From Botryllus schlosseri (Eukaryota): a stretch of 64,000 nucleotides of DNA. Below, in pieces: positions 50,301 to 62,280 of the stretch. The stretch spans positions 9,364,001 through 9,428,000 of the forward strand of contig CM119371.1 of assembly GCA_051294905.1 (NCBI GenBank), read 5' to 3'. The position numbers and the translations under genes were made by a program. The notes beneath the pieces were generated by a model. The model was not told the origin of the DNA. It was given only the letters and a program-made list of their open reading frames with translations, and ran no database searches. Numbering within the stretch: the stretch's first letter is position 1; each line of letters begins with the position of its first letter.

Positions 50301-52418
50301 GCCCTACAAGGTTACTTTTGTGTTAGTTTAAAGAAATATTGTAACAATTCCATTTCGATGCTGTTAGCGTGGTTCGTCACATGGCATTCAGGGCATGTTT
50401 AATATAATCACGACTGCGTCAATACAGTCAATATTTCGAATTCACCTCATCGCATTTATTGACGTTCACTGATTTATGAGTTCGCTTGAAAAATGAAAAG
50501 CTTGAAGTAATATTGGTTTAGCAATATGAATACATGTTTGCTGAAATGATGAGACAAACAACCCTAAAGCTTCTCGCCAACTTCATAATTTCGCAATAGC
50601 TCTGGAGCCCACATCAAAATGCGCTTGAGGCCCGCTATTGGGCTATGGTCCAAAGGTTGATAAACCTTGTTTATAGTTTAGAATCTACCTAGACTCCAGT
50701 GTAGACTCTCTGAATGTAAGCTACTCTTAATTAACCTGCTTTCTGTACGCTCGCCTAACTGAGTGGTCTAGCTCCAGCATAAGATTTGATGTTACCGAAC
50801 TGGAAACCAATCGATACTCTACTAGAATGACTGATTTCGCTGCGCAACAGCTGATGGGGATCAATTCTTCAATAAACGTAAGCGAGGTAATGAACGAGCA
50901 ATGGCAAGGTCAACTGTCTTTTATGCTCTATGTGTTTGTACTAATCCTCTTGTGAATAAGATCAGAACGATAGATATAGGCTTACGCATATGGGATGAAA
51001 TCGCCTTTGGGCTAGTATGAAAAAGTCGTGTTGATCATGGTCGAAGGATGGGAGAGAAGGCAGCTTATTGTCTTCTGCAGCATTGCGGTGCTTTGGAGAC
51101 GGAGATGCTCTACCAACGTTATACCCAGGAATATCTGGAACAAAGTATGAAGTTCTAAAAATACTTGCTTTATATCTCCACTGGCTTGGCAAATTCTTTT
51201 ACAACTCTGTCGTTTCATAGTTTCATTGCATCACAATGCGACCTGTTCACCGCACAGTGTACTATGTCCCAGCAATGAATTCAAATGCAATACTACAAAC
51301 GACGACAGATGAAATAATTGACTGAGGGAATCCATTATTTTGAAAATACCAAGAACCAAATACTAAAAAAACAGTCCTTATTTAGTTTGGATATATCAGA
51401 TAGCTGTGAAACAGGAACAATCGCTTGTTATGGTAAGACTTTTAGAAAGTATGACTTGTATTTCCTGCTATTAACTAGTTTACATAAGGCCAACTTGGCT
51501 TAAAATAAAACCCTATATATTGTGAAATGAGAGCTGCCTGCAAATGAATGAAGCAGTAACGTGATTCGATGTTCAAAACTGCGAGAGACATAACACAAAG
51601 TGTTGAATGTGATTTGGCACTCGATACACGCAAATTCTGGTGTTCTCATTTCAAAAATGCCGCCAGATTGTTCCAATCCGGTAACTATTTACTCTACGCT
51701 ACAGCAAGGGTTGTTAATCGGTGTTGCATGGAAAACCAGGGTTCCGTTGGTCAGTATAAACGGGATTGCGTGGAGGTCACGCCACAGCACATATACGTAT
51801 GATTTGGGATGATTGATAGGGCGATATTTCTACCTTAGAGACGGAAGATATTGCCCTAAAAATTCAAATATTTAACGTTGTTTGAGCTTGGAAAATCTAA
51901 TTTTGACATTTTGACCTCAGCTATGCAAATTAGGTGTTTTCGCACATGTTAGAATTGTACCACTTATCTTCATTTCTTGTTGGAACTGTCTATCTTTACG
52001 AGAATTATTTTATCCTCCCAATTTGAAGCCATAATACTCATAACTTGGCGCCGTTGTGCATCTGTGATTGCGCCATTAAGTAGCAGGCGGCCTACATTAT
52101 GAGGCAAAGATTTCAAGCTAGTCGCTGCGTTTGAATTATTATGGAGTGTGGAATCATGCCGTGATTAGCTATAATAATACAGTAACGACTGTGTTCGATT
52201 GCAGTGGCGACTGAGTTATGTTTTGCTGCCTTTTCGACTATGAGGTAGGCTACCTTTATTCAGTTTGCAAATAACTCATTATATTGCGGTGTTAAGCTCA
52301 CCCACCATTATCGGCCAAGAATTCATAGCGATATTTCATGCAGCTTTCATGACAGTGAATTTCGACTGACTGTATAGGCCCACTTGGTAATTCAGGCTTA
52401 ACTCTAGGCATAATAACA

Positions 52419-53603
52419 ATGGTCAACAAATGTTGCGTGTATGGCTGTAAGTCCGGATATTTGACAATCTGGGAAAATGGTTAATTCCTCGTTCCGCTTT
52501 GTATTTTATGATTTTGAGTTCCTCTGCCTCGATCCTTGCTTCACTCAAGTGACAAATGATGCTCTGAATAACTTTAGTGCTTTACTAAACTTCCGAAATA
52601 TCTCGAAAATTTCCGAAAAACATCCGACAGCCATTTACTGGAAGAGCTTCAAATGTAACATATTAATAGACTTGCACATATTCCGTATTCATCCGCAATG
52701 ATTCGTTTTGCGCTCCTACTCGGGTACACATTTGCGTAAGTTGTTTCCTTTTCCCTTAATGTCAAACTTGAATCGGTACAGCAAAGAGAGCGAGATCTCC
52801 ACTGATATACTGTTGATGGTGATGAGTTGTATGTACTTACAGAAAGGTGTTCAGACGCTGGTAAATATTATGGAGCAGATGAAAGCGGTCATTTATATAA
52901 AAGCATTGTTAGAATGATGGTCCATGATCTGCAAAAATCAACATTCATCGTGGTGAAGGCACTGCCAGAGGCCGAAATTAGGGTAATAATGGATGGCGGA
53001 AGAGTTGCTGGATGGTATTGCTACTCTCAATGAGAATGGATTTTTCGTTCGAGGTCTTGTATCAGATAATCAACCATCCGCTGTGAAAGCATTTGAAATA
53101 ATGCGAGAAAAGTGCCCTAGCAATGATAAGTTCTCTTTTCATTATACATCCTGCAAGAAGAAAACCTATTTATTAAAGAAGGTTCTCACAGTACAGGCAG
53201 ATGAGTGGGGACGGTTTCTGGTCGGTTTAACAGATGTCACCAATTCAGAAAAAAACACTGTTCCGTTCCATGCTGATAATTGACATCAATTTATGGGGGC
53301 ATGATGTTGGTGTTCGAAGTTCAGCTCTTTTTGATCGTTTAAAAAAACTATTAAAGATGTGGCAATTACAGGATCCATTTTATCTCCTGACGGTGAGAAG
53401 GTGTTCCAATATGTTGCTGTCCATTGTTTGTTGACAATAATGTCCTCAAAATGGAATTACAAGGTATGTTCTGAGTTATATTTTGATGAGTCCCGTGACA
53501 CAAGTTCATGCTATTTCGACTCTGTCGTGTGGGATTGCTTGCTCCATCAGAACCACTCGAAAAGTTTGTTGCATCTAGTTTTTCAATCCTAGATAGTTCT
53601 GAT
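52419..53603 (+). pseudogene. P-element/THAP9-like transposase relic
   Basis: MVNKCCVYGCKSGY (THAP start at 52419). Frameshifted fragments LMV..MYLQKGVQ, GKYYGADESGHLYKSIVRMMVHDLQKSTFIVVKALPE and ENGFFVRGLVSDNQPSAVKAF match the P-element transposase DDE-region pattern. Many disablements. Confidence 0.8.
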
Positions 53604-54365
53604 CAGGGCTGTGGAGTCGGTAAATTTTACCACCGACTCCGGCTCCGGCTCCGACTCAACATATTTTCAATATACCGACTCCTGAATCTTTAAACGTACC
53701 GACTCCGACTCCAGCATTATTACCAATTTACTTCGAAAATTATATGCCACATTAATGTCGGTTGAATGACTATCATACAACCATTAAACATATGCAAACA
53801 TATGATTAACGGTGGTGGCATGCTGAATTGTTTCATTGTTGAACTTCTCATACAATCATCTGCTCTCATCCTAGAGTCTCAGTGAATGAAGCTCTGAATA
53901 GGTTTTGCAACGATGTGGGAGCCCTTAGGCTTTGCCTGTTCTGGCCATCAAGATCGAGCTTTCAAATTGGCGAGCCTGAATCATTGTGAAAATATACTAC
54001 ACCAACAAGCAGAACCTGGTTAATGTCTCTGTGAGAAAAAAATGATGTGATGGACTAAAGAAAACGGCATTTGAGAAAGTCGTAGCCACGTTTGCAATAA
54101 CTCGAGTCATGACTCGACTCGAGTCACGATTGTCTGATGACTCGGCTTGACTGGAGTCATTTTCTCAAAATACGGAAATGACTCGACTCGAGTCGAGTCA
54201 ATCTATGTATTGACTCGACTTGGACACGAGTCATTGCGCATGACTCGAACCAAGTCATAGGACTCGAGACTTAGACAGCCAATACCGACATTTCATGCAA
54301 TTTCGAAAAATAGTAAAGTAACCACACTATTGGGATTTCTTCTATTCGTACTGGTAATTGTAAAT

Positions 54366-54893
54366 TAGGCTTACCATACGTCCTCTTTTAAGAGGATTTG
54401 TCATCTTTTTTGACTTTTTTGAAAGTGTCCTCGGAGGATGCCTTTTTGTCCTCTATTTTGAGATTTTGTCCTCTTTTTTGAAAATTTAGGTAAAATTTAG
54501 AGCAAATTGAGAGCGATAAGCCGCAAATTAGCACAGAGTGAAGCTCCGGCGGGTACTTCGGAGGGGAAAACGGTGATTTTAGCTCTGAGCGAGAAAATGA
54601 CCTTTTTATTATTTTATATTTTTTAGTCATCCACCTGGCAATGTGGAGATAAAAACGGTATTTTGAGCTCTGAGTGGAGAAGACAACCTTTTTTTTAGTC
54701 ATCCACCTGACAATGTGGAGATAAAAACGGCATTTTGAGCCCTGAGCCGAAAAGATGACCTTTTTTTTTTTTAGTCAACCGAGCACAAAGTGGGAAAAAT
54801 TCACTGGTTTTTGAGAATTCTACTCTGGTTTTCCAAGTTGCAAATTTCTGAAAAAGTGTCCTCTTTTTAGATTTCTAAAATATGGTAAGCCTA
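54366..54893. mobile_element. hAT MITE with internal ~70-bp tandem repeat
   Basis: TIR taggcttaccata / tatggtaagccta. Perfect TSD ttgtaaat (54358-54365, 54894-54901). Confidence 0.92.
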
Positions 54894-55021
54894 TTGTAAA
54901 TGCGATCGGAAACTGCTTAAAAGTGAGGAATATCAGTATATTATAAATGCGAACCATTCGATATCACCAAGCAGAGTTATAAAAAGTGGGTTTATCAAGA
55001 CTTTAACTGGAAACTGAGCAG

Positions 55022-56503
55022 TAGGGTTGTCCAAAATTTGGAAAATCTCAAAAAGTCTCCGTGATTGTGTCTCATTCTATAGATTATTGATAAAAAACAA
55101 CAATTAGCCTGAAAGAAGCTTACAGGAAAGCCGTTAAGATTTCGGTCAAAGCGTTTGAAAGTAGCTGCTCAAGAATGGGCGTGCCACTGACCATAGAACG
55201 GTGAGAAGACTAGTAATCTAATACCCACTGCTCTTGATTGGCTAATCGGCTATGCTTCAATGACCACGGCAGCAGCAGCTTGCTGATCAGGTGTTCAAGA
55301 AGTCTGCTACCGGCGGGGATTCTGAGTGCGCATTGTTAGTAGTTTGGCAGGTGATGATTTAAGATTAATTCAGGAGATGTTTAGGTACGAAATACATGAT
55401 GAACAAACAACACCATATATAAAGCTTAACAATGACACTATACTTTGTGTGATCTTATTGGATCCAAGTTGTAGTATATAGTGAAGTATTGAAGGTTCTA
55501 GGGATCGACTGAATCGGCCGGTTATGCTTGGCAGTTATACTTACAGCAAATTGTATTCACTTATAAGAGTTGTCAAAGTCCTTAATGATGCTGCAGAAAA
55601 GAGGTTTAAGGTAAGCACAGGCTATGCTGGATATGATATCCAAACTATGCTGGATACTATATGCAGCGTGCTTTTCTTTACAGTTCTTTTCTGCGGGATC
55701 AATAAGGACTTTGACATACCATATCCAGCACAGCCTGTGCGACTGTGCGTACATTACCACCTCTTTTCTGCGTTATCATTAAGGACTTTAACAACGCCCA
55801 CAAGTGCATTCAATTTGTTGTAAGCATCTGATAAGGGCCAATCATAACCGGCTGATTCCGCCGATACCTAGAGCATTCAAAACGTCACCTATATACTACA
55901 GCTTCAGCCCAATCAGATCACACAACGTATAGTGTCATTGTTAAGCTTGATATATTTGTATTCACTGATGGTGGATCCGCACTGAAACGGTGAATTCGCT
56001 CAACACTTGCATAAGCGCCTTTGCTTTCTCTCGATGAAAACACGACATGTAGGCTTCAGCCGTTTCCTTAACAATGGAGCAGTCATGCTGTAAAAGCTTT
56101 TGTGAAGCAGGTGTTGTTTGTTCATCATGTATTTCGTACCTCAACATGTCCTGAATTAATCTTAAATCATCACCTGCCAAACTACTAACAATGCGCACTC
56201 AGAATCCCCGCCGGTAGCAGACTTCTTGAACACCTGATCAGCAAGCTGCTGCTGCCGTGGTCATTGAAGCATAGCCGATTGGCCAATCAAGAGCCGTGGT
56301 TATTTGATTACTAGTCTTCTCGCCGTTCGATGGTCAGTGGCACGCCCATTCTTGAGCAGCTACTTTCAAACACCTTGGCCGAAATCTTAACGGCTTTCCT
56401 GTAAGCTTCTTTCAGGCTAATTGATGTTTTTTTATCAATAATCTATAGAATGAGACACAATCATGGAGACTTTTCGAGATTTTCCAAATTTTGGACAACC
56501 CTA
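55022..56503. mobile_element. Fold-back hAT element (the whole element is an inverted duplication)
   Basis: Perfect TSD ctgagcag (55014-55021, 56504-56511). ~390-bp near-identical outer arms beginning tagggttgtccaaaatttgg. Both inner arms carry a VKVLND.AEKR transposase C-terminal remnant. Confidence 0.92.
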
Positions 56504-57489
56504 CTGAGCAGTCAACTAAATGACTTGGACTCTGACTCGAGTCATAATACCATGACTCGGACTTGACCCTCTGCTCGCTGACTTGGACTCCAACTTGACT
56601 CGGCGGTCAATTGAAAATGACTCGACTTGACTCGAGTCAAAACTATAAAAGTGAGATCGACATGTGACTCGGAGCTTTGTGACTTGGTTACAACCCTGGT
56701 CGTAGCCTGCATATACTTCATTAATGCATTTGATTCACGGATGTGAGGTAGGTGCTTTATGACTATAAGCTTGGTGTTCTTTTTTGCAAGTATTTACTTA
56801 TGAAAACGATTTCAATTTATTCTTTACATGCTGTAATAGATTTTACCATGCAATAAAATACTTAACATTAGCAGGTTTGTTCCTTACCGCTATACAGCCT
56901 ATTTCTGTGATTACTGGACATACTGGATAACTGTATCATCGACGCTGTCAATTGTAACTTTGGGCGAGTACTTATTTCGTCTGTTACACGGCTTTGCTAG
57001 ACTTATCTTTAGACTTATCTGTTTTGCGAACGTTGGCCTCCCCGATATTGTAAGTGGAATGCGCCATATAAGGCCGTAAGTTATCGTAGGCTCCGTCACT
57101 GCACTATCTCGCCACTGGAGCCCTCGTGATAGTCGGTTTACCAGCTATAGTACGACAGTGCATAGATATAGATCATTGATACGGAATGAATGTTCTGATG
57201 ATAATGACCGGCGACCGTAAAAATGCTCCATGACGATGTATAGTCCCGGTTAATAATATTTTTGGTCCGTATATGAGAAGGGTTGGAAGCCTATTTCGTC
57301 AAAGGAGTTGTATCTGCCCTATATTTTTAATTGTGAATAAAAATCGACTATGATGTCACAATTGAATATGCGTGACGTCATTGGTTAGAAAAAATTTAAA
57401 AGAAACATGTTTTAAACAAGGGCCTTGTTTTAAACATGTTTGTTTTAAATTAGTGATTTTTGTTTTGCACACAACCCTGGATATTAGCC

Positions 57490-58019
57490 TATGCCATAAC
57501 CCCATAATAGTTATACAGTAGCCAACACCCCAATCGCACGGATTTGGGTTTTTAATATAGTAAACATATCAAAACAAGATGGATCCAGTACGACTTGCTA
57601 GATGTTTTACATTACACAACGATGTGTTCTTTATATCAATTTCATTGATTGTATTTCAATAAGCATCATTCCCGGACTACGTATGTAGTGTGTTTCGTTC
57701 TTGATGTTATGTGGTATTATGATTATTTCGAGCAAACTTTTCTAACAAAGCTAGTAGTTTTTAGGTTGGTAAGGTAGCCTGCATGCTCGTTTAGTGTTGA
57801 TTTTCTTATGCCACCTGCGCCATGCTAAAGTGGTCCGAAGTTAACATGCAAATAATTTCAACCCAGAATGTTATTATGGCGTGAAAGATGTAATATATGA
57901 AAAAGGTTCACGGTGCAGAACCTAGCAAGGCTCGTTTGTGAACGTGAACCTCTGAATTTATGAGGTACATGCACAGAACGCGAACGTGAACATCACGTTC
58001 ACGGCTCACACCATCCGTA
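57490..58019 (-). mobile_element. Family-A hAT-like element, partial
   Basis: Colinear with 35540-36054. Ends ctcacaccatccgta. Confidence 0.75.
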
Positions 58020-60992
58020 GCTTGCAGATTAGCGTAGCTATTACTTTTACATACGTTATTGAAATGCACACGTTCCTAGGATAAGCACAAATAAAGATTT
58101 AGGTCGATGCTACCTACCATTTAAATTGGAGGATGCAATCATCTAATGAGACTTTAATTGCAAATGGTACAATGGAAGCTGGGTGCGTTACGCTTAGCAG
58201 CAGTAGCCGGCAACTAATCGTTTCGCTGGTCATATAAAATTTCGTGAGACAGCTTTATAGGAAATAGTGTGAACTGGTTGGATCCCAACAATACATGTAT
58301 ATTATTACGATTCGTTTATTGACCCTATAACCTCAAGCTACCATGTTTTCGTGTATCAAATTCCTGCTATACTGTTAGGTCGGTGCGGTTATCTGGTTAT
58401 GTGTTAAAACCAGGTCCGAAACAGCCCCCTTCCGCCGCAAAATCACCAGTCTTGGTCCCACCATAGGGTAATCGATGCAACGTCTTGCGGCCTTACTATA
58501 TGCATCTGCTTGTTAAATTTTGTGAATGAATTCTATCAATATTATTGGTTATTCTATATATTACTATTATATTCGCCAGTAGATTACACATACGCTTGTT
58601 CCCAACGTTTTATGGCCCCGAGCTCATTTCCAATTTGAAAATGTTCCGCGGTCCAGATCAAAAATTGATAGGATTGTGACTAAAATAACAAGCATGCAAA
58701 GACTTACTCACGGCTTATTTTGGAGGCTGATGATGTCTAACATCTTGGCGATCCCCGGAATAAAGGCAAACGACCCCCAGGTATAGAAAAACTTTCTTTG
58801 AATAACCTAAATCAGCCATGTTCGAACCATCCAAGCCTTAAAAATTCTGACATTTGGGCATATTTTTTAATTTCCTCCCGGATGCAGTTTTTACAGTGAA
58901 ATCCCGGACATGTCCGGGAAATTCCCGACGTATAGCAACCTTGCTATAACCTTGCCGGAGATGCAATGAACAATGGAATGCTTTCCTTCCATCAATGTTC
59001 ATTGTTCAGAGATAAATTGAGACAGATGGGTGCCAATCGTGCAGTACATAGTCGTCGTCTGAAGGCAGTGCAATACTCATTGCCTTGTATAGTGCAGCTA
59101 AACTATTTTGCCTCTCTGGACGCTTTTGGGAAAATCATGCATTTGACCCATTTCAGATATCTGCTTGCAGTTGAATGATTATATTCATATCGTCTTTTTT
59201 TGTATGTCGGTAAATAGGTAACGGAACCAGTAATTATCTGAACTAAAATATGAGGCTTTCCTTGCCGAACACGAAGGATCTCGGAAACTCGGGATATTAT
59301 GGGGAGAAGGCTACAAGCCTAGAAAGAAACGAGCCGAGCTTGGTGTACCGACGTTAATTCTTATCAGAATGGCCGAATGGCGAATAGTGGTCACGCAATG
59401 CATTGGTGCTGGGACTGCGAAGCACGACAAAATTTTCAGTTTCATCAATGAATTTCGTCATTAATATTGGTTGTTTCATATTTTAGTATCAGATTCTTTC
59501 TCAGCCCATACGATCAGATGCACCGTCGAGTTGATGGAGGGAGTGTTTTCAAAAATTTAGGGTAAGTTAATGATGATGATGAATCTTCGGGTGGGCCAAT
59601 TATTATTAGTCACTTAGCTGCATGATGTTATTTTTTAAATTCCCATCAGGATTTTCGGTATAGTGGAAATATATTGGAATCGTCCAAACGTACCAGAAGC
59701 AAATTTTTTTCGTGAGGAGCAAGTTCGTATTTCTATATGGGGTGCATCATTTTCCTCCGCTGTTCGCATCTGTACTGTGGGGCTCAGTTTGCAAATGGCG
59801 CTACTATATTAAAATCGAAATATAAAGTCGCATTGAATCGCGTGCAGCGCGAATAAAATTTCAACATTAACTAAAATCTCTAAAAAATTCGGGAGTCAAT
59901 TCGTAAATTCAATTTTCATGTTGACGGCCGCCAACACATGCTATTTGAATTAGGTGTCCACGGCCGCACAAATTTCCTTCTACGGCTGCAGGTTGCCCAC
60001 CCCTGATCTTAACCGTCTCTACAATTTAAAATCGTGTCCCGTACCCCATCTCTATGACCATTAAATTCAAATTATAGATTAGCTGAATCCGGCGCTCGAT
60101 TTTTTACTCCATTCAGCTCCGACTCAAACAACTGAAGATAAACATCTAAACTGCCAGCTCCGGACTCGTTACTTCGATTCCATATGGTTAGTAGTAATAC
60201 AGTGAGAAGCTCCTATATATTATGCAGAATACCACATTGTGAAACAAAATGATCGATACGAATATTACTTTTATTTGTAAGGTCCCGATTGGGCCAACTA
60301 AGGCCTAACAAGGAACGCTGCACTGTATTCACGGGCTCAGGATCTCGTCTATTCGCGATTGCCGGCGGCACACAACAACCATCAACTCACAGCACAAGAG
60401 GTTTTACACATAAAATTTTATTCCAACTATACGGTATACTAAAAACAGTTATGCCCACAAAGTTGTACGGAAACTGACGACAAAATCCTTACGATGCATA
60501 CACATAGCGGCCGAACTCCACAAAAACTCTATCCACAATTTCACATTGCACACACACCAGCAGCATCCCTGTAATTTACAGACGAGTATACGGAATCGCA
60601 ACGCGACACATCACTCCCTCGACGTTTCAGTAAGTATCTTCAGTGTCAAGGCCGTGTCCCAAACAATATTTCCCCCAATAATCCAACAGGTATGTGATAT
60701 GTATACAGTCAATTCAAGATTTGAGATACAAAACCAAGAGCATCCTCCTACTTCGCACATGAGAGTCACCTAGGCTACTCTTACGACTACTTCGCAGTAG
60801 TAGCATACTTCCTATCCCACCTAACTTCGCCGTCACACACATCCATCACCGTGCAGTCAGGGTCCCAGTCAAACGGACTTATGCGATTCCCAGGCAAATC
60901 ACTTGCAAGATAAATCATAACTGGGAAATACAGAACATTCGGACTACCCCGGGCTTCCACTCATTCAGCATAAACAAAGGTAGCGTGATCGG

Positions 60993-62170
60993 TAGACTTG
61001 TACAAACTGCCCAATTAGTTAATTGACGGTCCACTAACTAACGTTTGTTTTTTTGTGGTTCTAGTTCTAGTTCCAGATTTTGAAAAATGATTATAGTTAT
61101 TGTAGTTGTAGTTGTAGTTCTAGTTGTCGATTGTGAAAATTAGGTAAGGGCTAATTCCGCATCTCAAAAAATACTAGATTCGAAACAACCATAGAAAACG
61201 CGAGTCGTCGTTAGTTGCGAATCGTTACACCGCTGTTCTGTATTACGATGTTTGTACAGCCATTGCTAACTCAGAGGCATTACCTTTGCAGTGGCATAGC
61301 CAGCGCGTGGGGTCTTGGGATTCGAAACTTCCTCCTTTTGATATGCCTTATCTATTTCTATTGCTAGTCTTCCGGTTAAAATGAAATTTAATGAGTTGCC
61401 ACAAGGACGTAAATCTAGTTCGGAATGAATGTCAACGATGTCGCATGGAGACCCTTATACCCAAATCTCCAAGCGTTCGGGAACTCCTTATTTTCACTGA
61501 GTCAAAGTAATAAAAGTCTACCACGTAACCCATATAACACAGATTCAATGTATTACTATTTGATACTGGTGTGCAAAATGCACCGTGCATCAGCAGGATG
61601 TTGAACAAACTTAACCAATAAAACTGACTATCACACATCATGAGTATAGGCCTATTTATTGCATGTCATTGTGACTTAGGCCAGGCCCGTTCAGAGTCCA
61701 GCTCATAAACATAAGACTCTACTGCGGAAAATCAGGCGCTATCGTGTTGTTAGGCACGATACCACTTGCTTAATCTCGAAATAGCTCTGAGTAAAATGGG
61801 AGATAGCATGGGCATTTTATTATTAATTAATAATTTCGGACCCCAAACTTCCCCGGGTAGGCCAATGACACTAACTACCACCAAAACAGTAACAATCCGA
61901 CTACTATAATCGAGCCTAACTGTCTGCAACCAATGTTGACAAAGCCGGCGTGCGATCAAAATCATATATATGAGTTTAGCGTGTGTCGTGACCTCCACGG
62001 ATCCTCTGAGTCTGGATCACGAACTGTATCTAGTTAGTGGTTATATTGTTAGAAAGTCGTGGATTTTAAATGTAGTTAGTTTTAGTTCTAGTTGCGAGTT
62101 TCAAAGGGTGAGTAGGCTATTTCTAGTTCTAGTTGCGGATTTTAAAAATCAAGTAGTTTGTACAAGTCTA
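60993..62170. mobile_element. hAT element paralogous to 44442-46940, downstream of F-box copy 3
   Basis: TIR tagacttgtacaaact / agtttgtacaagtcta, followed by gtagccag. The left TSD has decayed. Confidence 0.85.
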
Positions 62171-62280
62171 GTAGCCAGCAGTGCACCGACTGCGGCAACG
62201 CTATACCTCAAATCAAATACATATTCAAGTACGCTACAATATATGATGCAGTTCTAGCAGTACGGAGCACATTGACGATA

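Larger units (their letters stand above)
54087..56698. mobile_element. hAT non-autonomous element (GACTCGAGTC repeats) hosting two insertions
   Basis: Perfect TSD gtcgtagc (54079-54086, 56699-56706). Right end ttggttacaaccctg; left end degenerate (cacgtttgcaat). Confidence 0.8.

Noticed and set aside
57398..57450. Hairpin resembling a terminator
   Set aside because: AAACATGTTT-type subterminal repeats next to a MITE end (caaccctg at ~57479). Intrinsic terminators are not relevant in this eukaryotic context.
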